From a virus (Duplodnaviria > Caudoviricetes), in the IMG/VR virus record IMGVR_UViG_3300010362_000042, positions 1 to 42,163 of that record: a DNA stretch of 42,163 bases, one strand, 5' to 3'. The first letter of the stretch is position 1, and each line of letters begins with the position of its first letter. Of this stretch, positions 15,861-24,469 are shown piece after piece. A program made the position numbers and the translations under genes. Under the pieces are notes generated by a model that was not told the origin of the DNA, made no database searches, and saw only the letters and a list, made by a program, of their open reading frames with translations.

Positions 15861-16403
15861 ATGGAAGACCGTAGGCCAAAAGCCCTGCAGATCGGTAACC
15901 CATTGGCCGGGACCTCTGGTGCTCAGAGGGTAAGTCCGGCAGGCCGTGAACTTACACGCCTCGAGTCCACCATCATCGACCTCTATGTTCGTGGCCTTGC
16001 CCGTAGAAAAATAGCCAGGCTTCTAATTGATCATTTGGCCCATGCCGCCAATGGCGAATCCATGTCAGCCAGGATGCAATTGGCCGTTAGGCGCCTCCGC
16101 AACCTCGAACGACGTAAGTGGTTCAGGGACCTATTGTGGGAGCGGGCCATGATAGCGACGGACATGGCCTCGCCAAGGATCATGGCGGGCATCACGCAAA
16201 AGGCTACCGAAGGTCGAGTGGACGCCGCAAAACTTGCCTTGTCCATCACAGGACGGTACACGGAGCAAGGTGACGTCCAAGCCACTCAGGTCAACATCGT
16301 CTTCGGGGCGGACATACCCAGACCAGAACGCCATGGCATTGATAGCCAGAAGCCGGCCGAAGTCGACGAGGGGGATTGGGAGGAAATTGATCCCCAGGAA
16401 TGA
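15861..16403 (+). CDS. terS: Terminase small subunit (putative)
   Basis: N-terminal HTH-like segment, KATEGRVDAAKLALSITGRY helix, VNIVF beta tail; upstream of terL; TGaTATAGT ends 7 nt before the ATG (leaderless). Confidence 0.65.
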   Translation: MEDRRPKALQIGNPLAGTSGAQRVSPAGRELTRLESTIIDLYVRGLARRKIARLLIDHLAHAANGESMSARMQLAVRRLRNLERRKWFRDLLWERAMIATDMASPRIMAGITQKATEGRVDAAKLALSITGRYTEQGDVQATQVNIVFGADIPRPERHGIDSQKPAEVDEGDWEEIDPQE

Positions 16404-16429
16404 TCTATTTGGCCGGGCCGTCTCACACA

Positions 16430-16481
16430 CAGGCATTGTTAGCCAGAATGCGGCCCAGGCATTGTTAGCCAGAATGCGGCC
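16430..16481 (+). repeat. Perfect 26-bp tandem duplication
   Basis: CAGGCATTGTTAGCCAGAATGCGGCC x2, flanked by ATTTGGCCGGG at 16407 and 16488. Confidence 0.95.
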
Positions 16482-16549
16482 ACGACCATTTGGCCGGGTC
16501 CACACCCACCACCTCCGTCCATCCCGACGCGAACGTTCGTGCGAACGTT

Positions 16550-16579
16550 CGAGGGAGGGCGATTGCTCGCCCTCCCTCG
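16550..16579 (-). terminator. Stem-loop after the HTH gene
   Basis: 13-bp stem CGAGGGAGGGCGA/TCGCCCTCCCTCG with a GCAA tetraloop on the minus strand. Confidence 0.6.
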
Positions 16580-16587
16580 TTCGGACG

Positions 16588-16854
16588 CTACTCCGCGTTC
16601 GGTGTGGGGAGTTCGTCGATCACGACCGCTTCGTTCACGGTCGCGTTTGCGAACACCTCGAACACCTGCGCGGCTGCGTTCGGGCCGAGAACCCAAGCCG
16701 TACCCTTGAGTTCGATCGGTCGCGTGTGATTCGCACGAAGCCAGTTGCGAATCCGCTTCCCGCCCTCGAACGCATGCTCGCTGCCCCAAAGGTCGGCTGC
16801 GATTTCGTCCGGTCGGTGCGTTGCCCGCTCGGTGAGAGTTCGTTCGTCGCTCAT
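16588..16854 (-). CDS. HTH protein, paralog of 14507-14803
   Basis: RPDEIAADLWG...GKRIRNWLRANHTRP...KGTAW; ATG 16854 after AAAGGGGGTGA. Confidence 0.75.
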   Translation of the reverse strand: MSDERTLTERATHRPDEIAADLWGSEHAFEGGKRIRNWLRANHTRPIELKGTAWVLGPNAAAQVFEVFANATVNEAVVIDELPTPNAE

Positions 16855-16889
16855 TCGGTCACCCCCTTTCGTTCGTTGCTGACTACCGC

Positions 16890-16918
16890 AGTCTATATGC
16901 GCAGTTGCGCAAACGCAA
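16890..16918 (-). promoter_or_regulatory. Promoter of the isolated HTH gene
   Basis: TTGCGT-17-TAGACT. Confidence 0.55.
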
Positions 16919-16971
16919 TAGGTCGTATGGCCCATCTTTGCGTTCGTTCCTATTGCACGTTTGCTATGCAC

Positions 16972-17024
16972 ATACGAACGTACGTTCGCATGCGGTTGTT
17001 CTTTATGCGAACGTACGTTCGTAT
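16972..17024. repeat. 20-bp perfect inverted repeat, each arm holding the palindrome CGAACGTACGTTCG
   Basis: ATACGAACGTACGTTCGCAT (16972-16991) and ATGCGAACGTACGTTCGTAT (17005-17024). Confidence 0.95.
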
Positions 17025-17159
17025 CGCACGTTTGCGATATCCCCCCCCTCCACCCCCATTGCCGTCCCCAACTCCTTGCGCCTGCGGCGCAACCGAGGTA
17101 CGAGGGCTGGCCATTTAGAATTTTCCGCATTGGTATCCACATGAGAGGAGTGTTGTGCC

Positions 17160-17774
17160 ATGGCTAACCGCTTTCGCCAAGGTTACATGAGGGCAGATGA
17201 CTACTCCATCCTCGTGGCTTTCGGGCCTGGAGTGAAGAACAGGCGAGGTGAGCGACTCACCGCCGACGACTCACTGGCCATCTCCAACACCCTCGCGGGG
17301 GCCAAGTGGAATCGCGGCTATTTGCGGGGCCCCAACGGTGAGCTCATTACAGGCGACGGAACCGCTGTACCGAACAAGTGGCGTAGGGGCGACCTGATTG
17401 ACGCTAACGGCGCTCTCGTTGTCACCACACAGGTAGCGGGCTCTGTGGTGAGGCAAGGCTATCTCCGTAACGCCTCCACTGGGGCGATGGTCGTCACGCA
17501 GACCACTGGGGGTGGAGCTGGACCCGCCCCAACCCTCACTCAGCTCCAGCCTGACAACTCTGGTCAGTGGAACCAGGAGGTTCGCCTCATCGGTACCAAC
17601 TTCACCTCGCAGTCTGTCATCCTCGTCAATGGCGTGGTACGTGACACGACCTACGTCTCAGCCACCGAGCTCCGTACTATTGTCCAGGGCGGTGGCGCAG
17701 CTGGTAATTACCAGGTCAAGGTCCGTAACGCTGACGGTCAGGAAACGGCCGCACTGACCTACACGAAGTTCTAG
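17160..17774 (+). CDS. Putative virion protein with N-terminal repeats and a C-terminal IPT/TIG Ig-like domain
   Basis: APTLTQLQP...LIGTNFT...TTYVSATELR...VKVRNADG; four RxGYLR-like repeats. Confidence 0.75.
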   Translation: MANRFRQGYMRADDYSILVAFGPGVKNRRGERLTADDSLAISNTLAGAKWNRGYLRGPNGELITGDGTAVPNKWRRGDLIDANGALVVTTQVAGSVVRQGYLRNASTGAMVVTQTTGGGAGPAPTLTQLQPDNSGQWNQEVRLIGTNFTSQSVILVNGVVRDTTYVSATELRTIVQGGGAAGNYQVKVRNADGQETAALTYTKF

Positions 17775-17781
17775 CCCACTT

Positions 17782-19287
17782 ATGACCACTCAGGACGTCC
17801 ACCTCACCTACCGCCCTCTGCCCAAGCAGTCGGCTGCTCACGCGCTGAACGCCAAGTACAGAGGGTTCTGTGGTGGGTGGGGTAACGGTAAAACCTCGTG
17901 GGGCTGCGTCGAGAGCTTCATCATGCTCAACGAGTTCCCCGGCATGAACTTCATCATCGCCCGTAAGACGCGCCCTGAGCTCAGAGCCACCACGTGGGAT
18001 ATGTTCATCAATGGCGACGACGGTCAGGAGAATGGTTGGCATGGCGTCCCGAAAGAACTCATCGCCTACAACAACAAGTCCGACCTCCACCTCGTACTTC
18101 GCAACCGCTCGCAGGTCTTTGGTCTTCCTCTGGACGACCCTAAGAAGATTGAGAACTATAACCTCGGTGGTTTCTGGATTGACCAAGCGGAGGAGGTCGA
18201 AGAAGACATCTTCCTCAAGTTCCACGGACGACTCAGGCAGCGCCACGCACCCAGAGAAGGACTGCTGACGTTTAACCCCGCTGGGCACAACTGGCTGTGG
18301 AAGCGCTTGATTGACCCCCGACGGAGTGAAATCTTCAAGCGGCAGTACGCCTGTGTCGAGGCTACTACCTACGACAATCCGAACCTACCTGACGACTACT
18401 TCGAGCAATTTGAAGGGCTACCGGACGCATGGGTCCAGAGATTCGTCTATGGTTCACACGATGTCTTTGTTGGTCAGATCTTCACAGACTGGGATCCCGA
18501 TATCCATGTCGTACAGCCGTTTCACATCCCCAGTGCTTGGGAGCGGTGGATGTGTATCGACCCCGGTATCGGGCACGAGGGTGCCGTATCGTGGATGGCT
18601 CGCGATTTCGATGGTAATGCTTACTACTATCGAGAGCTACTGGCTAAGGGTCAGCCTGTAGAATGGTGGGCCTCTCAAGTCTTCGAACTGGAGGCCGAGC
18701 TTGACTACGGCGGCCCCAACGAGGAGATTTATCGAAGACTCATCGGAGTCGAGGCTAATCAACGGTCCCAGCGCGACGGAAAGACTGTCGTCTCCAAATG
18801 GAATGAATTCGGGATCTATCCCGAGTTCGCAGATAGAGACCCGAGTGCTCGGATTTCTTCTATCACGGAATATCTTCGACCTAAGTCCGGAAATAGTAAT
18901 CCTTGGACCGGAGCCGACCCCAGTCCGAGACTTTACGTATTCTCCAACTGCGAGAAGCTCCAGGAATACCTCCCGCAGTATCGTTGGAAGCCTCAAAGGG
19001 TCTCTTACTCGGAAGAGGAACCGCCGGAAAAACCGCGGAAGAAAGACGACCACAACATCGACAATCTCGGACATGTCCTGCTCGCTTTTGACGGACTACC
19101 TGAGATGGACGATGATACAGTGGCTCCTGATGCCGAGGCACGAGCTTTGGATGAGCATTTTACTGCCGCAATGGCAGAGGCCCGAGCCCGAAAGCCAGGA
19201 GGACCCAACAGCGTCCCCATTAATGCTGCCGTCTTGAACGGTATGCACCCGAGCCGAGACGAGGAGGAGTTCCATGCGGTTGGTTGA
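17782..19287 (+). CDS. terL: Terminase large subunit
   Basis: PLPKQ, GGWGNGKT Walker A, FWIDQAEE Walker B, TFNP, DNPNLP, CIDPG nuclease motif, KKDDHNID. Confidence 0.95.
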   Translation: MTTQDVHLTYRPLPKQSAAHALNAKYRGFCGGWGNGKTSWGCVESFIMLNEFPGMNFIIARKTRPELRATTWDMFINGDDGQENGWHGVPKELIAYNNKSDLHLVLRNRSQVFGLPLDDPKKIENYNLGGFWIDQAEEVEEDIFLKFHGRLRQRHAPREGLLTFNPAGHNWLWKRLIDPRRSEIFKRQYACVEATTYDNPNLPDDYFEQFEGLPDAWVQRFVYGSHDVFVGQIFTDWDPDIHVVQPFHIPSAWERWMCIDPGIGHEGAVSWMARDFDGNAYYYRELLAKGQPVEWWASQVFELEAELDYGGPNEEIYRRLIGVEANQRSQRDGKTVVSKWNEFGIYPEFADRDPSARISSITEYLRPKSGNSNPWTGADPSPRLYVFSNCEKLQEYLPQYRWKPQRVSYSEEEPPEKPRKKDDHNIDNLGHVLLAFDGLPEMDDDTVAPDAEARALDEHFTAAMAEARARKPGGPNSVPINAAVLNGMHPSRDEEEFHAVG

Positions 19288-19615
19288 ACGGATGACCCAA
19301 CACCCGCCCACATGTCTACACTGTGGTCGGGGCAACACGGTCGATGAGCCCAATATCCCCGCTCTTGACCTTGAACGGGAGGTCAACTGGGGAGACTCGA
19401 CCTACATCTGTGGTAACTGCGTGATGATGGCCGCTGCACTGTACGGCTACATCTCTCCCGAGCAGTACACGGAGCTACAGGACACCGTTACTTCCTTGAA
19501 AGAGCAGCGCCACGAGCTGCGCGCTCAGCTTGAGAAGAAGCAGCGTCGGCTCTCAGCCATCAGCTCGGGCCGTACAGCGCTGAAGGACGAAAGGAAAGAG
19601 CGAGCGTCAGCATGA
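19274..19615 (+). CDS. Zn-finger plus coiled-coil protein
   Basis: CLHC...ICGNC followed by a heptad-like helix. Confidence 0.7.
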   Translation: MRLVERMTQHPPTCLHCGRGNTVDEPNIPALDLEREVNWGDSTYICGNCVMMAAALYGYISPEQYTELQDTVTSLKEQRHELRAQLEKKQRRLSAISSGRTALKDERKERASA

Positions 19616-19962
19616 GTACAAGCACTCTGGCAGCAATTTCGCTACTCATCTCGAACGCAATTCTAGTCGCGCTGATCGTCCTGATCACCGTACAGTTCTC
19701 TAAAGCGCTTCGATACACGCTCTCGCAACTCGACTTGTTGCACAGTCGCGAGGTCAATCGCGCCGAAGGGCTCTTGAACCGCTTCATGGCCCGCGACTTC
19801 GACCACTACCAGGCCTACGAGCTCGCACAGGAGGCCTCCACTGAGCCTGACGAGGTCTCTGACGACGAGATTCGCCGCGCCAGGCCGTGGATTCAGGGGC
19901 CTGCTGAACCTGAGGACACGCCTGAGGAGCTACTTAAGGACCTTGAGGAGGCCGGTGCGTGA
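19612..19962 (+). CDS. Single-TM membrane protein
   Basis: LAAISLLISNAILVALIVLITV; acidic C-terminus; ATGA overlap. Confidence 0.7.
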   Translation: MSTSTLAAISLLISNAILVALIVLITVQFSKALRYTLSQLDLLHSREVNRAEGLLNRFMARDFDHYQAYELAQEASTEPDEVSDDEIRRARPWIQGPAEPEDTPEELLKDLEEAGA

Positions 19963-20150
19963 ACGGCGGTAGCATGATCGTCCTGCTTGGCATTATTGCC
20001 ATCGCTGGCATCACTGCGGGCGTCGTCCTTGCCATCAGTGGCTACTCCTCGGCTGGGGCATTTGCCGTCGCGAGTGCTTGCGTGGGCGTTTTGGGCACTC
20101 TAGCGGCTCAGAAAAACGGCAATAGGACTCACAAAGGAGCCCTCGAATGA
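19959..20150 (+). CDS. Small two-TM membrane protein
   Basis: Two hydrophobic stretches, GTGA overlap. Confidence 0.65.
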   Translation: MNGGSMIVLLGIIAIAGITAGVVLAISGYSSAGAFAVASACVGVLGTLAAQKNGNRTHKGALE

Positions 20151-22285
20151 GAATCGGCGAGTGTACTAACCGCACTGAGCTTCTCGAGGCCCTCCTTACC
20201 GAGCGTAACGCCCGTTTGGAGCTCCGTCGAGGCCATGAAACGGTGTGGTGGAACAATATTGCCCTCCTTGCGGGCGATCACTACACTACGTGGAACGGTA
20301 ATCAGGGCCTTTTCGTCGACCAGACCTCCGAGGACGACAATCTTCTCCAGCTTGTCATTAACCACAGCCTCACTGTTGCCCGTGTAGAGCTTGCGCGGCT
20401 CGTGAAGAGCCATCCAATCATGGAAGTGTTGGCTCAGGGTGAGGACGAGGAGTCTCTGGCTGCTACGAGGGTGGCGAAATCCGCCCTTGAAGGCGCTGAG
20501 TGGAAGTATAAGCTCCGAAAGATCCGTAAAGACGCGCTGTGGTGGATGATTGGGACCGGCATCGGGGCTGTTTACGTCGGCTATGACCCGAATGACGAGA
20601 ATGATGGGGTGAGACAGTTCATTATCGACCCTGAGACGCAGGAGGCCGTGTTTAACCCCGCTCGAATCGAGCAGCTGCACCAAATGATGTCCGATGGCCA
20701 GCTTGACGAGGTCACTGTGGAGGAGCACCCCCTTGGTGACCTCTGTTACAAGGTGTTTTCACCGTTCCAGCTCCTGCCTGACCCCACGAAGCTTGAGTTC
20801 GACGAGATTCAGGACCTGATAACCACAGAGGTGGTGAATATTGACCATGCGCGGACTCTGTGGGGCGACGTGGCCAAGAACCTGCAGCCTGAGAGCGTTT
20901 TGCTCGGCGCGATGGAGAAAAGGGCTATCAGTAGAGCTGGCTTGGTCGGTACGACGGCCGATCCGGAGATTACCGACGTGCTTCAGGTCCACACGTACTG
21001 GCTGCTGCCTAAGTACTACGGCTATAACAAGTTCCTCCGCAACGGGCTGCTGATGCGCTTCACTACCAACGGGGAGATTCTTGAGTTTGCCCCCATCTTC
21101 CCGTACCAGGATGCTCGCATTCCGTTCGCCTTCTACCAGCACATTCCCTCGGTAATGTCTATCTGGCCTCAGTCCATCTTGCAGCACATTCGCCCCATCA
21201 ACCTGGAGCTTGACAAGGCTATGAGTCAGATCGTCGAGGCCAAGGACTTTATGGCTAATCCGATGTGGCTTGTAGCTGCTCAGCACCAGATTAAGGGGCG
21301 AATCCGTAACCGGGCTGGCAATATGGTCCGATACACCCACGTCCCTAACATTCCCCCGCCCTCTCAGGTCGAGGGCATTGGCGTTCCCAGCCAGGTCGAG
21401 AACACTGTGGTGGCCTTGCGTGACCAGATCCTCGACATCTCCGGTCAGAGCGAAACGTCCTTCGGCCGAGTACCCTCCGGTGTCCGCAGCGGTGTTGCTG
21501 TCGCGTACCTCACCGAGCAGGACGAGACTAAGATTGGGCCGACTGCCGAGAACATGGAGGAGGCGACAGCACAGATGTCCTCCCTCTCACTCTCGCGGTT
21601 TGGCCAGTTTTACACCACCACCCGCATGATTCGTCTGTACAAGCCCGGTGGCTTCTTCGATGTGATCCGTTTCAAGGGAGCTGACCTTAAGGGTGTGACT
21701 GACGTTGTGCCCGTCGCTGGGAGCGCTCTGCCTAAGTCTCAGGCTGCCCGTAAGGAGTTTATCATGGGCCTGGTCGAGATGGGCATTGAGAAAGATCCCA
21801 AGCGGATTAAGGAGATGCTTGAGATTGGTCAGGGTGAGCCTGACGACACGGACAAGGCGTTCATGCAGGCTGACCGTGAAAATCAGCTCATGCTCCGCGG
21901 CATTCAGGCTGGCAAGCTGAAGCTTGACCCGAACGATCAGGAGGCCGTTGCTAAGGCTATCCCGGTGAAAAAGTGGCATAACCATGCGGCTCACCTCTCT
22001 CGTCACTACGGCACTATGATGAGTGAGGAGTTTGACCAGCTCGCTGAATCTCACCCCGAAATAGTCCGGCTTTTCGACGAACATACTGCTATGCACGAAC
22101 AGGCCCTCATGGCTCAGCAACAGGCTGCCATGCAGGCTGCACAAGCTGCTAAGGGTGCGCCCGCAGGTATGGTTACTCCAGGCGGAGGTGACCAGGCACA
22201 GCAACAGGCGGGCGCCCCTGGTACTCCTCAGGAAGCGGCTGGTCAAGCCGCACAGAACGGGGCTCCGCCGGGAGGGCCGATGTAA
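20147..22285 (+). CDS. Portal protein (P22-like type)
   Basis: 712 aa after terL; LVINH, VFSPFQLLPDP, GRVPSGVRSGVAV, low-complexity Q/A/P/G tail. Confidence 0.85.
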   Translation: MRIGECTNRTELLEALLTERNARLELRRGHETVWWNNIALLAGDHYTTWNGNQGLFVDQTSEDDNLLQLVINHSLTVARVELARLVKSHPIMEVLAQGEDEESLAATRVAKSALEGAEWKYKLRKIRKDALWWMIGTGIGAVYVGYDPNDENDGVRQFIIDPETQEAVFNPARIEQLHQMMSDGQLDEVTVEEHPLGDLCYKVFSPFQLLPDPTKLEFDEIQDLITTEVVNIDHARTLWGDVAKNLQPESVLLGAMEKRAISRAGLVGTTADPEITDVLQVHTYWLLPKYYGYNKFLRNGLLMRFTTNGEILEFAPIFPYQDARIPFAFYQHIPSVMSIWPQSILQHIRPINLELDKAMSQIVEAKDFMANPMWLVAAQHQIKGRIRNRAGNMVRYTHVPNIPPPSQVEGIGVPSQVENTVVALRDQILDISGQSETSFGRVPSGVRSGVAVAYLTEQDETKIGPTAENMEEATAQMSSLSLSRFGQFYTTTRMIRLYKPGGFFDVIRFKGADLKGVTDVVPVAGSALPKSQAARKEFIMGLVEMGIEKDPKRIKEMLEIGQGEPDDTDKAFMQADRENQLMLRGIQAGKLKLDPNDQEAVAKAIPVKKWHNHAAHLSRHYGTMMSEEFDQLAESHPEIVRLFDEHTAMHEQALMAQQQAAMQAAQAAKGAPAGMVTPGGGDQAQQQAGAPGTPQEAAGQAAQNGAPPGGPM

Positions 22286-22455
22286 TGCCGCTTGCAAACA
22301 TTCCAAAACCGCTCCAGGCCAAGTACGAGCGCTGTGTGGCGCACGTTAAGGCTGAGGGCGGTAAAGTCAACCCGTATGCCGTCTGTTACGCCTCTGTGGT
22401 CGGCAAGGGCGTGGGTGAAGAGGCGAAGAAGCGAAAAGGCAAGAAAGGAGGGTAG
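22285..22455 (+). CDS. 56-aa basic head-region protein (absent from ORF track)
   Basis: TAATG overlap; MPLANIPKPLQAKYERCVAHVKAEGGKVNPYAVCYASV...KKRKGKKGG. Confidence 0.7.
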   Translation: MPLANIPKPLQAKYERCVAHVKAEGGKVNPYAVCYASVVGKGVGEEAKKRKGKKGG

Positions 22456-22456
22456 A

Positions 22457-22894
22457 ATGGCCGACGACACAACCACCGACGCTCCTCCGGGGGAGGACGT
22501 TGTGGACGAAGAGGAGGTTGAGGCGCCGCCAGAGGAGCACGTCGCTGACTCTGTTCCTGGTGCGGTGACGGAGGACACGCCGAAGACCACGAAGAAGCAG
22601 GCCGCTGCTGAGGGCCCAGCTCCACTCGGGGCCGGCTTCATGCAGCTGGTCAACGACGTGTCCACCGATGAGGAGGACGACGATGCTTACATCGTGCCTG
22701 CGGGTACGAAGGTGAGTGTTGTCGATGCTCCACTGGTGCTCAACCCGGACTTGACCAACGCCTTTGGGCGTGAGCAGTACATCACGCCTGAGGACGCGGA
22801 CATCATCGTCCGGACGAGGGATGCCCGTGGGGACGTCCTCACCGTCACGATGGAGGATCTTGAGCCTCTGGCTGCCGGCCGCGACAAGGGCTAG
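22457..22894 (+). CDS. Acidic hypothetical protein
   Basis: ATG 22457 after AAAGGAGG. Confidence 0.72.
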   Translation: MADDTTTDAPPGEDVVDEEEVEAPPEEHVADSVPGAVTEDTPKTTKKQAAAEGPAPLGAGFMQLVNDVSTDEEDDDAYIVPAGTKVSVVDAPLVLNPDLTNAFGREQYITPEDADIIVRTRDARGDVLTVTMEDLEPLAAGRDKG

Positions 22895-23154
22895 TGGCTG
22901 AGCTCAACATCAACGAGGCCCTCGAGCAGTCCAAGGACATGATTGTCACAGATAGTAGTGGCAATAAGTGGATCAAGGTTGAGGACCTCAAGAAGGCTGA
23001 AACAGCTCGTGCCATGGACAACACCATCGACAAACTGAAGCCGAAACCGAAGAGCTTTGAACAGGCGAAGAGTGCTGCTTTCCAAGACCAGGAGCTCCGG
23101 GAAGCATTCGCTGACAGACCTCCGGTAGTAGGCCCATCCCATTCCGCCGCGTGA
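22894..23154 (+). CDS. Hypothetical protein
   Basis: TAGTG overlap in the head operon. Confidence 0.65.
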   Translation: MAELNINEALEQSKDMIVTDSSGNKWIKVEDLKKAETARAMDNTIDKLKPKPKSFEQAKSAAFQDQELREAFADRPPVVGPSHSAA

Positions 23155-23177
23155 GGCGTTAAACCGTAGGAGGTAAC

Positions 23178-24125
23178 ATGAAGACTCTGTTCTACCGAAC
23201 AGAAGAAAACACACCGCCCGATCCCATCGCTGCGATGGCAGCCCAGCAGGGGCTTGATCTTAACCAGCCTGCTGAGCAAGCTGCTGCCACAGCGGGGGCA
23301 GAGGCAGGGGCTCCAGCACCGGGTACCGGGACACAGACGGGACCTACGCCAGATGCCACTCCGCCTGCGGAGGCGCAAAACACCGATACGGGTGAGCCAA
23401 CTGGTGGGCCGCCGGACAGCGTCCCTTACTCCCGCTTCAAGGAGGTAAATGACCAGCTTCGAGACTTCAAGGAGCTCGAAAGCTTCGGTTACGACGCAGA
23501 CTCCTTGCGTCAGCTAGCGCAGTGGGGTGCTCAGTTCGACTCAAACCCCGTCGATTCCTGGATGGCTGTGGCGAAGGATTTGGGCGACGATTTGCCCCCC
23601 GAGATTCGTGAGGCAGTAGCCTCATACATCGAGGATCAGGGTGTGGTCGCACAAACAGAACAGCCAAGCCAGAGCGTCGCTCCCGATGCTCGGGATACGG
23701 AAATCCGAGAGCTCAGGCAGCGCTTGGATGACCGTGACGCCAGAGACGAACAGGCGAGTCGCGCAGAGCTACTCAACTCGATAGTCAGCAGGTGGAAGGA
23801 GGCCGACGTCAAGGAGGGCATTGCGACTATCCCGGACGAGAAGATCTACACTTACATCTCGTCCAACGCTCCCCAGGCCACGAACGAGGACGAGCTCCTC
23901 AATCTGGCCCGGCAGGAGTTCCTGGATACTCGCGAGTTCATCCTTCAAGGGTCGGTCGTGAAGCCGGGAGACTCAAGGGCGCCTGTCACGGTGCCCGGTA
24001 GTGGAGCTCCTGTTCAAGAAGCGCCTCCCCGACCGAAGACTCTGGCCGAAGCTTCTGCCGCAGCGCTGGCGGATGCTCAGGGCAGCGGTCTCAACATGGA
24101 AGGCGTGTCACGAGGAGGCAGTTAG
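23178..24125 (+). CDS. Capsid scaffolding protein
   Basis: Disordered N-terminus, VPYSRFKEVN motif, coiled coils, PKTLAEA tail; upstream of the capsid gene. Confidence 0.8.
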   Translation: MKTLFYRTEENTPPDPIAAMAAQQGLDLNQPAEQAAATAGAEAGAPAPGTGTQTGPTPDATPPAEAQNTDTGEPTGGPPDSVPYSRFKEVNDQLRDFKELESFGYDADSLRQLAQWGAQFDSNPVDSWMAVAKDLGDDLPPEIREAVASYIEDQGVVAQTEQPSQSVAPDARDTEIRELRQRLDDRDARDEQASRAELLNSIVSRWKEADVKEGIATIPDEKIYTYISSNAPQATNEDELLNLARQEFLDTREFILQGSVVKPGDSRAPVTVPGSGAPVQEAPPRPKTLAEASAAALADAQGSGLNMEGVSRGGS

Positions 24126-24454
24126 TGGCACTAGGAGTCAACATCGTCGAGCGCGGCTCCGCGGGTCCACTATTCTTCCGTGTGGTCGACCTCACTCTGG
24201 ACAACGCATATGCCGCCGGTGGTTATGCCATCACTCCAGCACAGCTGGGGTTTGGGGCGAACGGCGTCATCTACGGTGTTCAGTCAGGAGTCGCAGGCGG
24301 CTTCCTGACAGAGTGGGACCAGGCCAACAAGAAGCTCAAGTGTCGTGACGTTTCGGGTGGCGTAGGTGCAGTCACCCCGGAGTGCGCGAACAACTTGGCT
24401 GCACTGAACGGAATCGTGGCCCGCGTGCTCGCGTGGGGCAAAGGTCAAGGCTAG
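24125..24454 (+). CDS. Capsid decoration or minor head protein (putative)
   Basis: DLTLDNAYAAGGYAITPAQLG beta-rich small protein next to the capsid gene. Confidence 0.6.
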   Translation: MALGVNIVERGSAGPLFFRVVDLTLDNAYAAGGYAITPAQLGFGANGVIYGVQSGVAGGFLTEWDQANKKLKCRDVSGGVGAVTPECANNLAALNGIVARVLAWGKGQG

Positions 24455-24469
24455 AAAGGAGGACGGCTG

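Noticed and set aside
16430-16481. Possible mini-CRISPR array
   Set aside because: The two 26-bp copies are directly adjacent with no spacer, and no cas genes are present
16234-17118. 294-aa plus-strand ORF across the repeat island
   Set aside because: Overlaps terS out of frame, translates DNA repeats, and lies antisense to a credible HTH gene
18170-18200. Terminase Walker B reads DQAEE rather than DE
   Set aside because: Recalled as a variant in other phage terminases; all other motifs are intact, so it is not evidence of inactivation
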